Source: Octopus vulgaris (Eukaryota). Taken from it: a stretch of 64,000 nucleotides of DNA. This document shows positions 39,245-51,878 of this stretch, piece by piece. Position 1 is the stretch's first letter, and every line of letters begins with the position of its first letter. The DNA is taken from NCBI GenBank assembly GCA_951406725.2, contig OX597814.1:185690001-185754000 (forward strand). Direction: 5' to 3'. The notes beneath the pieces are model-generated. The model ran no database searches. It was not told the origin of the DNA and saw nothing but the letters and a program-made list of their open reading frames with translations. A program made the position numbers and the translations under genes.

Positions 39245-39779
39245 AACAACAAATAAGATGAGGACAAATATCCGTCGAATGTAAATAATGTAAATAATGT
39301 ACAAACAAAATGAGGACAAATATCTGTCGAATGTATATAATGTAAATAATTGGCTGATGTGGTTGTTTATTTTTACGATGACATTGTCAGGTAGGTATGA
39401 GATGTTGGATCTAGTCAGTTTGAACATAAAAGAAGCGGTGTAAGTGCTAAAGGGTTAAAGAAATGAGTGATACAATGGATAATGTAGCCTCTGATACAGT
39501 GAATAAGAGAAAGGTCAGTTTGTTGTACCTGGAATAATTTTAATTATAAATTTACTCGGTCATTGCTGATATGAGGTTGCATAACATGATAATCACTGAT
39601 CAGGATCCCAGACTAATGAAGCAATATTTGCATGGGTTAATTAACCTGTTAAAAATATTAATCAAATATCTCTCAGATCACACCAAACAAGTGTGAACAG
39701 ATTGAGTAAGGTATTAACTGCAGAGTAACCAAAGGAAAAATGAAACTGGGTATTGTTTACAGCAGGAACATCTTTGATT

Positions 39780-40262
39780 AGCTTGCTTATGAACCACATG
39801 GTTCCAAGTTCAGTCCCACTGCGTGGCACCTTGGGCAAGTGTCTACTACTATAGCCTCATGCCGACCAAAGCCTTGTGAGTGGATTTGGTAGACGGAAAC
39901 TGAAAGAAGCCCGTCATATATATATATATAGCAGAAGACGCTTGCCCAAGGTGCCATGCAGTGAGACTGAACTCGGAACCATGTGGTTCGTAAGCAACCT
40001 GCTTACCACACAGCCACTCCTGTGCCTTGTAACTAGCAGTGTATTACAGCATCTGATGGTCTGGTTGATACTGTGATACACACACACACACACACACACA
40101 CACAATTGGCTTCTTTCAGTTTCCATCTACCCAATCCACTCACAAGGTTTTGGTCAATTGAGGTCTATATTAAAAGACATTTGCCCAAAATACCACAGTG
40201 GGACTGAACTCAAACCCATGTGGTTGGGAAGCAAACTCCTTTACCACTCAGCCATGCCTTCA
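39780..40262. mobile_element. three SINE-A 5' fragments in mixed orientation
   Basis: + 39780-39930, - 39927-40026, - ~40075-40262. Confidence 0.8.
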
Positions 40263-40770
40263 CCAATACTCATTGCTTAAACTGAAGAATTATTATTATT
40301 TTTTTCTCTGTAGTTGCAGATAAGCAGTGAATTTGGAAGATATTGGATGTTTAATGTTGGTTAATAGATAACTGAGTTGAAATTTTTTTCCCCCTAAGCA
40401 AAACATTTTAAAAACTTTTTTTCGTATGCAGTTCTTAATTTCTTGAAATAATTTACCATTTTCTTTGAAAGTTGTTAACAATTGCCATGAAGTTTTTCTT
40501 GCTTTCTCCAGCTAAGACACAAATTTCATTTGAATGAAATTTTTTCTTTTTTTTTTTTGCCTGTCATTCAGTACCTCACCATCAACATGCGTTTCAATAA
40601 GCTAAGTAGTTTTATAGTAAAGGCAATCGATATTATTGGAAGAAAGTCTAGGAGACTGGGTGGTATGATCACATCAGTAAAATAGATGATGTAAGATGTC
40701 TAGTTATTTTTGCTTATTCAGTAATGTCTTTCAAATGATTCTCGGTTAACAGTCGAGTTACTCTTTACCT

Positions 40771-41117
40771 CAGTGGTTCTTATCCTGGGTCCATATGGCC
40801 CCTGAGGTTCTATATAAGATTTTTGGGGGTCTATGCAAAAGAACAGTAAATTGGAGGCCAACAATAGTATTTTAAGGGTTCCTGAAGAAATTTCACTTTA
40901 GATATATGTATTGGTATAATTTGCAAGAAACAGTTGGGTTCTTTTCCCTAACATTTTACATAGTTCAACCTAGACAAGTTAATGTATGGAAAACAAAATT
41001 GGGATTTTGTAAGAAGTTTCTATAATACTAGTTTTAAACAATGAATGGCTATGGGGTCCACCGAAATGAAATTGTAATCAAAGGGGTCCATAGATGAAAA
41101 ATGGTTGAGCATTCCTG
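40771..41117. mobile_element. hAT-type MITE
   Basis: CAGTGGTTCT ... GGTTGAGCATTCCTG termini and GGGGTCCA subterminal motifs. No clear TSD. Confidence 0.55.
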
Positions 41118-41460
41118 GTTGAGTTACTCTCTACATAATTTCTATATTTTCTCTCACTGTTATGAATATACTTCTGTTTCTGATATCCATGAGGCCTCTA
41201 GACAAATCAATGCACTAGGCCCTATAAAATTAATTAATTGGTACAGAATAAATAGATCAGAATTGGGTCCCTAGAACTGTGAGGCCCCTGGGCAAATCAA
41301 TCCACTAGACTCTACAGTTTATTTCTTGACAGAAATCCACAGAACACGTAAATCAGAAATGGGCCCCCAAAACTTGTGAGGCACCCTGGCAACTGCCCTG
41401 CATGCCCACACCTTAAGACAACACTATTCTTGCTCTGTAAAGAGGTACTTGATGAAATAT

Positions 41461-41975
41461 TCTTCTTCTTCTTAATCCTTTTTGCCCCTTATGGAGCATA
41501 GGGCCTCAGCAGTTGTTTTCTACTTTTTGTGGTCATTAGTGTGTTTCTTGGCTGCCTCCCATGTCAGGTCATGAGCTCATCCAAAATGCTCCGCTTCTAT
41601 GTCTGCTTTGGGCGTCCTTACTTCCTTTTCCCCTGTGGGTTCCAGTCAAGTGCTTGTTGTGTCACATTTGAGGGTTCTTTCCACAGTGTGTGTCAGATCC
41701 ATCTCCATTTCCTTCGTCTAATCTGAACATGTATGGGCTCCTGGCTGGCCCTTTCCCACAGGTCGGTGTTTGGCACTCTGTCAAACCACTCCAAATGGAG
41801 GATCTACCAGAGACATTTGTTGATGAAGGTCTGGATCTTCTTGTAGTTGTTACAGGTGGCTCTCCATGTTTCAGAGCCATACAAAAGCACAGATTTTATG
41901 TTTGAACTAATTAAGCGGAGTTTAGGTCGAGTTGAGATGGCAGTGGACTTTCATACTGGCCGAAGAATTGCCATC
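41461..41975 (-). pseudogene. second RTE-clade LINE family, 3' fragment with (GAA)n tail
   Basis: SVLLYGSETWR, IQTFINKCL, IRRRKWRWI*HTL, ALDWNPQGKRK..GRPK. Confidence 0.85.
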
Positions 41976-42018
41976 TCTTCACAATTCTTTTTGATGAAAT
42001 ATACAAAAAAAAGAAGTA

Positions 42019-42212
42019 ATTCTGTTGTGTCCGGGGAGAGTCATTTTCTTTATGTGCCTTATAATGTAACACACTCACCAGTAAAATTTCCATTTATATC
42101 TTATTTTTATTTTCCCAAAATAGTCATTGCATCTTAAGTGGAAATTTTACCGGTGAGTGTGTTACATTATAAGGCACAAAAAGAAAATGACTCTCCCCAG
42201 ACACAACAGAAT
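42019..42212. repeat. near-perfect fold-back, ~77-bp arms, ~38-bp loop
   Basis: ATTCTGTTGTGTCCGGGGAGAGTCATTTTCTTT.. pairs with ..AAAGAAAATGACTCTCCCCAGACACAACAGAAT. A single-arm relative lies at ~52731. Confidence 0.93.
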
Positions 42213-42748
42213 ATGCTTCAACACACAAACTCATATAAAGAATCTTGCAAACCAAATCCAAAAACGAAAAAAAGTAAGCAAACCTTAAAAAACTACTCTG
42301 TAAAAAAGGGCAACTAGGAGTGTTTCCACTTCTCACAACGAAAAGAGAGGTTTTTTTTTTTTTTGGTTTTTTTGTTTTTCAAAACTTTAGGGTAAAGACC
42401 TTTTCTGCAGTTAGCAATAAAAAATTTTTCGAGTGGATACATTCACTTTCCATGATCAAAGGGTTAAACCTTTAGCCATGTCTATGACCACTGTTCTGCG
42501 TAACACACAGACACATGACCATACCTACTTACAGATGCATACATCATACACACTACCATATTTCATGACAATTAATGCAAGTCGTTCTCTCTCTTTTTTT
42601 TTTTTTTAAAAAAAAAGAGATTTCTGATACTGACAGAAATATGAATAGATAATTTCAGGATGACTAGACAAGGCTTTCTATAAATGATTTTATTGATGAT
42701 GGCATCACTGAGAAGTTCTGATGCTATTAGCATAGATTTCTTTCAGGA

Positions 42749-42790
<42 letters not shown>

Positions 42791-43257
42791 TATTATTATG
42801 AGGTAATGATAAAAATGGTAATGGCACAATAACTTGGTAGATTTCTGGTTGGCAGAATGTTGATTTCTTGATTGCATTTTGGCAAAAAATTTTGACATAA
42901 CATGGCAAAACTTAGGTCAAGAAATCTAAGCTTAGAAAATACCGCAGCCCTGGTCAACCACTGACTCTTTACATAGCACATATATAATAACTACTACTAC
43001 AGTGCAGGAGTTTCTATATGGTCATTTGACCTGTTAAAAACAACAGCCAATCTTCTTCAAATCACCTTAAAAAAAAAGAACACGGTGGAAAATTTGGCCC
43101 TATGCTCCTGGCACAGTACTGTGTCTGCACATGCAAATATTACAAGCTGTATCAAAATAACAATTATTCTGATAATTAACCCTTTAGCATTCAGATTATT
43201 TTATCAAATGTAGTGCTTATTTATTCACATTGATTTGAATTATCATGTATTTTCGAG

Positions 43258-43541
43258 ATCACCGTAAACTGCGCATATTTCTTTGGTTGCTTGTGAAGCA
43301 TTTTTCCTTTTACGGAAAAAGAAAAGCATCAAGTGCCGAAAGGAACTTTCTTATCTTCTATTTTAAAGGGTTACAGAATTAATACAGGATATAGGAACAT
43401 AAACCTTCTTCCACGAAAAGATAGCTTAAACTGTGTTCTCTAAATGGAGGTGTAGTCAAATCCTATTTTATGGATTGAACCATGTTCTAAAATAAGTCGA
43501 AAGGTAAGCTACTATAAATAGGCACAAACTTTCTGGACAAC

Positions 43542-43547
<6 letters not shown>
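43258..43547 (-). mobile_element. mariner 5' fragment
   Basis: TA-TTGGGTTGTCCAGAAAG terminus. Translates EDKKVPF.HLMLFFFRKRKNASQATKEICAVYG. Confidence 0.75.
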
Positions 43548-43576
<29 letters not shown>

Positions 43577-43740
43577 GACAGGCTTCTTTCAGTTTCCACC
43601 TACCAATTCCATATGCAAGGCTTTGGTCAGCCCAAGGCTATAGTAGAAGACACTTGCCCAAGGTGCCATGCAGTGGGACTGAACCCAGAACCATGTGGTT
43701 CGTAAGCAAGCTACTTACCACACAGCCACTCCTACACCTA
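43548..43740 (-). mobile_element. SINE-A 5' half ending in (TA)n
   Basis: Family match. Confidence 0.85.
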
Positions 43741-44264
43741 ATCCTAAAAATTTAACAAGTGCTTTTAGACACTGAATGGCTATGAAGGTCCCACCCTATA
43801 AGTAAAATACTAACTAAAGGGGTCCATAGGTAAAAAAAATAATTGATAACAACTGCACTGGACCCCACTCAAAATCTCGCTAACTATAACTATAACCCTT
43901 TGGAAACACTTCCTTATCGATATTCTCCTTACATGCTTAACTTGCAAAAGTTCAAACTGATATATTCTGCATTAACCTCAACAGTCTCCAAGATCATACG
44001 AAGGGTCAAGAATCATCCTTTTCATCCAACTAAAATAGGGCCTTTCTTATTTGGTCACAAGGTCACAAATTTAAGGGAAGTGGGGAGGGTGGCAGTGGAG
44101 TGGGGATAAAGTAGATTTATATCTCCCTTTGTTAGTACTTGACTGGTACTTTATTTTATCAACCCCCACCCACCCACCCCGGAAGAATGAGTGGCAGAGT
44201 TGACCTTGGTGAGGTTTTGAATTTAGAACATAAAGGGCCATAAACTAAATACTGCAAGACACAA

Positions 44265-44465
44265 TTGATGATGATGATGATGATGATAAAGAGGAGGAGT
44301 AGGAGTACAATGATGATGATGACAACAATGATGATGATGATAGATGGCAATGATGATGATGATGATGATGATGACAACAACGATGATGACGATGATGATG
44401 ATGATGATGATGTTGACAATGACAACAATGATGATGATGATGATGATGATGATGACGACGACGAA

Positions 44466-44539
<74 letters not shown>

Positions 44540-44598
44540 CGACGATGATGATGATGATGATGATGACGACGACGACGACGACAATGATGAATATGAAT

Positions 44599-44638
<40 letters not shown>

Positions 44639-44735
44639 CGACGACAACGATGATGACAATGATGATGATGATGACAATGACAACAACGATGATGACGATG
44701 ACAACAACGATGATGATGATGATGACAACGACGAC
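44265..44735. repeat. (GAT/GAC)n microsatellite
   Basis: Directly visible. Confidence 0.97.
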
Positions 44736-45969
44736 TTAGTGACCACTTCTAGATGACTTGATAATAAATGAAAAAGAATGACAATAGATTGATAATGTCT
44801 TTGATGTTTATGATATTGGATTAATTAATGAAACATTGATCAGTCAACTAGATGGTTTGGTCAATCGATTAGGTGATAGTTTAATGAGAATTTCATGCTG
44901 GTTTTGATGTTAATCAGATGCCTTCATAATGAAATACAAAAGAGTTTGTAGGTGCCAATAAGTCTGGTTGCCATGACGAGTGAAAAAGAGAAAAAAAAAC
45001 ACAGAAAACCTGGCGTTGCAAACATCAGGCCCTTCAACAGAGTGGTCAAATAATCAAATAATAACCAGCAAAAAGAGAAAATATATAAAAAAATTTTTGA
45101 ATATGAATAGGTTAAAGAGTTAGGGACAGGAAGTGAAACAGAAGGGGATGTCAGTGAATAGGGATGCGAAGAGAGTGAGGTATATAGAGATGTGAAACAT
45201 AGTAAAAGGAGGCTGAGAGATAGATGGTTGGCGTGGGAAGCTGGCAAGAGATGAGGTGATGGATTAGATAGGGAGAAAGGAAGTGTGTGTGACATGTATG
45301 GGAAGGAGGAATGCCAGTGTATTATCTTCATAACAATATCTTCATGATGACTGAAGGCTTTATTAAAACTAGATTATGATTTTGCAATGCTTTATAATAT
45401 CAGACTTGTACCATGGAATATATGTTACAGTTTGGTTTGATAGTTTCTCAATGGTTTCATAATAAACTGATGTCATTACAATGGTTATACAGGTAGTTTA
45501 ATGGTATAATTATTTCATAGCTGTGACAAGTCTTTCAACTAAGTAAATAAGTTTATGAATTTTATGGTCATTCAATTCTATTAAGTCTATGAATAAAGCT
45601 GACAATATAAATTGCACACAGGTGGAAACAGATGAAATCTAGTAGATCTCTGCTATGACCATTCCTTCTTGCTTTCAGACAATATATCTAAGATTAGATA
45701 ACTTAACATGTCCTTTTGTTCTTCAGCTCTTTAGCATTCATATTACGTTGTCAAATGTACAGGCACTCTGTCAGCTCCGGCGATGAGGGTTCCAGTTCAT
45801 TCAATCAGAGGAACAGTCAGTTCAGGAAATTAATATAACAAGTGGTTGAATATTTCACAACCCATTTTAACCCAGGTTAACAATGTCAAAATTTTGAAGA
45901 TAGTTATTTAAACAGGGATAACAAACATATGGTGGTACATTATTTACATTTGACAGATATTTGTCCTCA

Positions 45970-46452
45970 TCAAATCGAAATCGAGATCGGAATCGCAATC
46001 GAAATTGAACCAATCCTATGACTGGCACCCAGCAGATTCCAGGACCCCTGGACTGGTGATACGTAAAAAGCACTATCTAAATCGTGGCCGATGCCAGCGC
46101 CGCCTCGACTGGCTTCCGTGCTGGTGGCACGTAAAAAGCACCATCCGAATCGTGGCCGAAGCCAGTGCCACCTCGACTGGCTTCCGTGCCGGTGGCACGT
46201 AAAATGCACCAATCTGACTGTGGCCATTGCCAGCCTCGCCTGGCACCTGTGCGGGTGGCACGTAAAAAGCACCCACTACACTCACGGAGTGGTTGGCGTT
46301 AGGAAGGAAACCCAGCTGTAGAAACATTGCCAGATAAGACTGGAGCCTGGTGCAGCCTTCTGGCTTCCCAGATCCCCGGTCGAACCGTCCAACCCATGCT
46401 AGCATGGAGAACAGACGTTAAACGATGATGATGATGATGATGATGATGATGA
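45970..46452 (+). mobile_element. RTE LINE 3' UTR with 63-68-bp repeat array and (GAT)n tail
   Basis: ACGTAAAA(A/T)GCAC at 46061, 46129, 46197 and 46260. Confidence 0.85.
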
Positions 46453-46465
46453 TCTTGTCTGTTGT

Positions 46466-46510
46466 TAACACAGTTTTGGCTGATACACCCGCCAGCTTTC
46501 ATCAGGTGTC
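46466..46510 (-). ncRNA. degenerate hammerhead motif, same family as 39199
   Basis: Minus strand reads gacac-CTGATGA-aagctg..cagcc-AAAAC-tgtgtt. The GAAA box is mutated. Confidence 0.4.
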
Positions 46511-46565
46511 TTGAGGAAATTTCGAAACTGAGTTCTCATTCCTGAGGTATTTTTTGATGTTGTTG

Positions 46566-46620
<55 letters not shown>

Positions 46621-46627
46621 CATTATT

Positions 46628-46848
46628 GAGTGAGAGAGCAGTGCATGCCATCAAAGTGATGATGGGGTAAAATATACGAAGCCCAGCATACTCATCATGA
46701 CTACCTGTCTGATAAGGGTACACTAGGCACATGCATCACAACCATGTGTGCCACATGGTGATCTCATATCAAGATAAACAGCACATGACCTTGCAGGTGG
46801 GGCCCAGTTAGAATTTTCTTCTGGTCGAGTAACCCATCCCACTCAAAA
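46628..46848 (-). mobile_element. truncated copy of the 7641-8109 repeat
   Basis: GAGTGAGAGAGCAGTGCATGCCATCAAAGTGA directly after (ATT)n. Confidence 0.75.
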
Positions 46849-47142
46849 GCACCATCTGAATGTGGCTGTTGCCTGCACTGCCTTGACTGGCTTCCATGCC
46901 GGTGGCATGTAAAAAGCACAAAACCGATCCTGGCCATTGCCAGCATCCTCTGGCCTCTGTGCCAGTGGCACATAAAAAGCACCCACTACACTCACGGAGT
47001 GGTTGGTGTTAGGAAGGAAACCCAGCAGTAGAAACACTGCCAGATCAGACTAGAGCCTGGTGCAACCTCCTGGCTTCCCAGACTCCAGTTGAACTGTCCG
47101 ACCCATGCCAGCATGGAAAGCATATGATGATGATGATGATGA
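46845..47142 (+). mobile_element. RTE LINE 3' UTR copy
   Basis: Array units plus a (GAT)n tail. Confidence 0.8.
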
Positions 47143-47209
47143 ATAGTTTATCCCAGTACAGTAAATTGGCAGTCATTACAATAGTCTCCTAGAAAGACGA
47201 GTTTTTGTT

Positions 47210-47650
47210 TCATTGTCTGCCTCAATGACCCTTAGAGCTATGCCAGTGGAGCACTAGCTCCAGGTAGGGAACCCACCTATGCTGGACAGATCCAAGTAAA
47301 GAAACCAGTCAAATATGGACCACCCAGAGGTAGAAATGAGTCTGCATAGGGTGAACACTTCCTACCTAGGAAAAAGAGGTAACTTACTGAAGCATTGGTC
47401 ACAAATCAAAACTAAGAAGAGTGGGAGAGGAAGGACTTCCCTCGGGAAACATACAAACCCACAAGAGAGGCAAAAGAGAGGATGCTCTAAAAATAATTGG
47501 AGGTGGGATGCTCAGGTAGAGCTGAAAATGTAGAGGTCCAACTGGAAACAAGCAGGAGAAACAACCTAAAGGCAAGAACAATGGATAAAAGTTATTAATG
47601 GCCTAAGCATCATAGAGAGTAAAGTGCTTAAGGAAGTAATAAGTATTAGA
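47210..47650 (+). mobile_element. possible internally deleted (bipartite) RTE derivative
   Basis: TGCCTCAATGACC..AGAGCTATGCC..GGTAGGG..ATGCTGGACAG (recalled as RTE 5' UTR-like) is joined to NPQERQKRGCSKNNWR (RTE C-terminus-like). Confidence 0.45.
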
Positions 47651-47831
47651 GTAGTGAATAATAGGAAACTATTAGTTGTATGGTGGAACTAAAGTGGAAA
47701 CCTGATGAGAAAAGAGCAGTGGGGCACTCTCTCTAAAACCACTCGACAAAGAACCATTGACAAAAACAGGATACAAAGGGTGGAGAAACTGGAATGAGCC
47801 CAGAACAATGGCAGAAAACATAGCTGGTTGG

Positions 47832-48049
47832 CAGAAACGTTAGCATGCTGGGCGAAAAGCTTAGCGGTATTTCGTCTGCCGCTATGTTCTGAGTTCAAAT
47901 TCCGCCGAGGTCAACTTAGCCTTTCATCCTTTTGAGGTTGATAAATTAAGTACCAGTGATGTACTGGAGTTGATATAATCGACTTAATCCATTTGTCTGT
48001 CCTTGTTTGTCCCCTCTGTGTGTAGCCCCTTGTGGGCAGTAAAGAAATA
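47832..48049 (+). mobile_element. SINE-B with 19-bp TSD
   Basis: AGAAAACATAGCTGGTTGG at 47813 and 48050. Confidence 0.9.
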
Positions 48050-48147
48050 AGAAAACATAGCTGGTTGGAGAGACTATATTGTGACCTTATGTACCTCATG
48101 GCATTCAGAAAACTGACTACACACACACACACACACACACATGCACG

Positions 48148-48212
<65 letters not shown>

Positions 48213-48270
48213 ACACACACACATTATGGGATCACATTGCACCCAGCTGTTTATATTAATTTTTAGTATA

Positions 48271-49300
48271 TATTAGGTTGGCAACTAAGTTCCCACCGTT
48301 TTTTTTAATTCAAATTTTTTAAAAGGTTTAATAAAAAATAACAACTAATTAATCAATAATGTATTTACCCTTGTTGTTTACAACTTCTCCTCAACATTCA
48401 ACAAGATTTTCAATCCCTCGTTGGTAGACATCGCCCAATTTCAATTCAAAAAATTGATCCAGCCAAGCTCTCAATTCTGCATCAGTACTGAACAAAACTC
48501 CGCTCATAGCATTTGAAAGAGATCAAAAGAGGTGGAAATCCGTTGGTGCCAAATCAGGACAGTACGATGGGTGTGGCAGCACTTTCCAGCCATGCGTTTG
48601 AATGGCTTCCTTGGTCATATTGACGATATGAGGGTGGGCATTGTCATGCAGCAGAAGAACTCCATGCTGACAATTAGGTCTTTCCACTTGAATAGCCGCT
48701 TCATATTGATGTACAGGCACCATTTTTTGTTGCCAGTAATGATTCGGTAAAGAAATCGTTGCTTGTGTCCATGGGATGAATGGTGATGAGCAAGCAAACC
48801 AGCAGAGATTGTGACTCATTGATTTTTGTTGTTGTCACTTAAAGCATACGGAACCCATGCTTCATACTTCTGAACCTTTCCCATCCAGTGAAGATGCTTC
48901 TCTATAACAGTGTGGGAGCATTCCATTTTCTCTGCCAGTTCTCTTGTCATTTGAAAAGAATTTTTGTGCAAAAGTTGATTTAATCGCACTTCATCGAACT
49001 CAACTGGATGACCAGAACAAGGTGCATCTTTGAGGTCAAAATTTCCATTTTTGAACTTGGCATACCAATCACGAGCAGTTCTTTTAGCTATAGCACCCTC
49101 TCCATACACAGCACAAATGTTGTGAGCAGCTTTTGTGGCCTTAGAACTTTGATTAAAAGCAAAAAGCAGAAGGTGTCGAAAATGCTCGTTTTTCTTAACT
49201 TGGCATTCCATTTTACTGATCTGAAAATAGATAAAAATTAACTAAAATTAACTAGAAAAAAACAAACAAAAAAATAGATTCCAAAATGATTTAAAAATAG
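48271..49300 (-). pseudogene. mariner element: disrupted transposase 49211-48349 plus 3' TIR
   Basis: MECQVKKNEHFRHLLLFAF, WVPYAL, IITGNKKW, LLLHDNAHPH, HPSYCPDLAPTDFHLF. TA-TTAGGTTGGCAACTAAG terminus. Has an internal deletion and stops. Confidence 0.92.
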
Positions 49301-49383
49301 AATTCTCGAAAAAATAGTGTATTAGTGTTGGAAGTAGTTTAGTGGTCAAAGTGGTGCTGATAATGATGCAGTGCTGATAATAA

Positions 49384-49605
49384 AGGCAGCGAGCTAGCAA
49401 AATCATTAGCACGCCAGGCGAAATGCTTAGCGGTATTTCATCTGCCACTACGTTCTGAGTTCAAATTCCGCTGAGGTTGACTTTGCCTTTCATCCTTTTG
49501 GGATCAATTAAATAAATACCAGTTATGTACTGGGATCTAATTGACTTAATCCCTTTGTCTGTCCTTGTTTGTCCCCTCTATGTTTGTGCGCAATAAAGAA
49601 ATAGA
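49384..49605 (+). mobile_element. SINE-B
   Basis: Family match. Confidence 0.85.
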
Positions 49606-50594
49606 TAATGACGCGGTGTATTAGTGTTAGTGTGGTGGTCAAGGAAGTAGAGGTAATGATGTGATGAATTTGAGTTGGTGATGGTCAAGTGGTCAACACA
49701 GTGGTGCAAATGATGAAGTGTGTTTGTCTGGGTGGTAGCAGTGTGCTGTCTTGGTGTTAGTAATGGTGGTGTGGTGTATGAGATGTCATTGGTGGTAGTA
49801 TATTGGCATTAGTGTTGTAGTCAAGGTAGGTAGTAGTAGTAATGATGTAATATTGATACACCAGTTGTGGTGTATAGGTATTGTTGTTATTGCTGGTGGT
49901 GGTGGTGGTGGTGATGTGGATGTATGGGTATTGATGTAGTAGCAGGGATGAAGGGGTTGTTGATTGTAGTGCATCAGCATTGGGTTGTAGTAATGGTGGG
50001 GTGATAGTAGTGATGGTGATAGTGGTGGTGGTGTGTGAGTGGGGGGGGGGGTAATGATCATGGTAGTGATTGTAGTGGCAGTGGTGGTGGTTGTAATAAT
50101 GGTAGGGTGATAGTAGTGATAGTGATGGTGGTGGTGGTGGTGGTGGTGGTGATAATGTCGGTGATAGGTGTGATGGTCACTGTGTTGGTGGAAGAAGCAG
50201 TGTTAACAGTCATGGTGGCAGTGGTGGTAGTGGCTCAAGTTGTGGTGATGGTTACGGTAGTGGTGTTGGCGGCGGTGGTGGTGGTGGTGGTGGTGGTGGT
50301 AGTAGAGGTGGCATCATTGATTGAGGTGAGTCAGTGTTAGCAGTAGTATAGGTAGTTGTAAAACAGTGGTAGTTCCAAGTTCCAGTGTATTGGATGTTGG
50401 AGCTATATAGCAGCTGTGGGCGCTAATGACGATGGTGATGGTGGTGGTGGTAGTGGTGGTGGTGGTATTAATGATGATGATGTTACTAATTAAGAGCAGA
50501 ATCAAGTAAAGACATTTCACCAGTTGACTACAGCTTTGTTATTCATGGCATGGCTGATAAATCATTGATTAGAAAGGTAATAATGGTGGACATA

Positions 50595-50695
50595 TGGGCA
50601 GCAGCAACAGCGGCAGCAGCAGCAGCAGCGCCGGCGGCAGTAGTAGTAGTAGTAGTAGTAGTAGCAGCAGCAGCAGCAGCAGCAGTAGTAGCAGC

Positions 50696-50736
<41 letters not shown>

Positions 50737-50756
50737 CTGCAGCAGCAGCAGCAGCT

Positions 50757-50820
<64 letters not shown>

Positions 50821-51042
50821 GTGGTGGTGGTGGTGGTGGTGGTGGTGGTGGTGGTGGTGGTACCAGTAGCAGTAGAAGTAGTAGTAGTAGTGGTGGTGGT
50901 GGTGGTGGTGGTGGTGGTGGTGGCGACGATGGTGGTGGTGGTGGTGGTGTCGGCAGTGGTGTTTGTGCTGGTTGGGGATGTGATAACAGTGTGGTAGTGA
51001 TACTGGTAGTTGTGATGGTGATGGTACTTGCAATGTAGCTGT

Positions 51043-51074
<32 letters not shown>

Positions 51075-51075
51075 A
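50595..51075. repeat. compound (GCA)(GTA)(GGT) microsatellite
   Basis: Directly visible. Confidence 0.96.
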
Positions 51076-51514
51076 GGGTGAGAGTTATTGTGATAGCAGT
51101 GATAATTGCCTAACTGCTGCTGCTTCTGCTGCCACTTGTTGGTGTTATTGGTGTTGTTGTTATTTAGTCCAAGTTAGTCCTGATCAAAGATATTCCAGTT
51201 ATGACCATCCCATCTTTTCTCTTGCATGTAAAGTACCTTGAAGAACCATATTATCAAAAATGTCCTCTTCTAAAGATGATAAGATGTGAATTTGGCTGTT
51301 GTTTCTAGCAAACAGAATGACCACATGAAGCTCTCTCTTTCTCCCTTTCTCTCTGTCTGTCTCTCTCTCTCTGTCTCTCTCTCTCTCTCTCTCTTGTGTT
51401 ATTGATATTGATGATGATGATCATGACTTATGGTGATAGTAGGATAGTGTTAGTATTAATGGGTGCCAGTGTTGTTTGTTTGACCTGATATCAACCCAGA
51501 TCAAGCAGACCTGA

Positions 51515-51850
51515 AGGTGCAGGGCTCAATGGTTAGAGCAACAGGCTCACAATCATGGAGTAGTGAGTTCGATCCCTGGACTGAGCTGTATGTTACGATC
51601 TTGAGCAAGACACTTTATTTCATGCTGCTCCAGTTAACTCTGGTCTAGAAATGAGTTGCGACATCACTGGTGCCAAGCTGTATCAGTCTTTGCTTTTCCC
51701 TTGGACAACATCGGTGGCATGGAGACGAGAGACTGGTATGCATGGGCGACTGCTGGTCCTCTATAAACAACTTAGCTTAGATTTGTGCCTCAGAGGAGAA
51801 CTTTGTAGGTGCAATCCTATGGTTATTTGTGACTGAAGCGGGTCTTTAGC
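51515..51850 (+). mobile_element. tRNA-derived SINE (further family)
   Basis: GGCTCAATGGTTAGAGC, GAGTTCGATCCC, CORE-like CTTGAGCAAGACACTT. Confidence 0.65.
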
Positions 51851-51878
51851 CTATATACATATATATATGTATATGTAT

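Larger units (their letters stand above)
38608..39458. mobile_element. piggyBac-like MITE split by two nested insertions
   Basis: MITE segments at 38608-38634, ~39038-39115 and ~39352-39458 are colinear with 36159-36390. Confidence 0.65.

Noticed and set aside
44159-44756. Poly-Asp/Ser/Met ORFs resembling acidic biomineral proteins
   Set aside because: Pure (GAT)n tract with no signal peptide or unique coding sequence.
46055-46275. CRISPR-like array with conserved core and variable linkers
   Set aside because: Linkers are homologous to each other and the array is part of a dispersed LINE 3' UTR.
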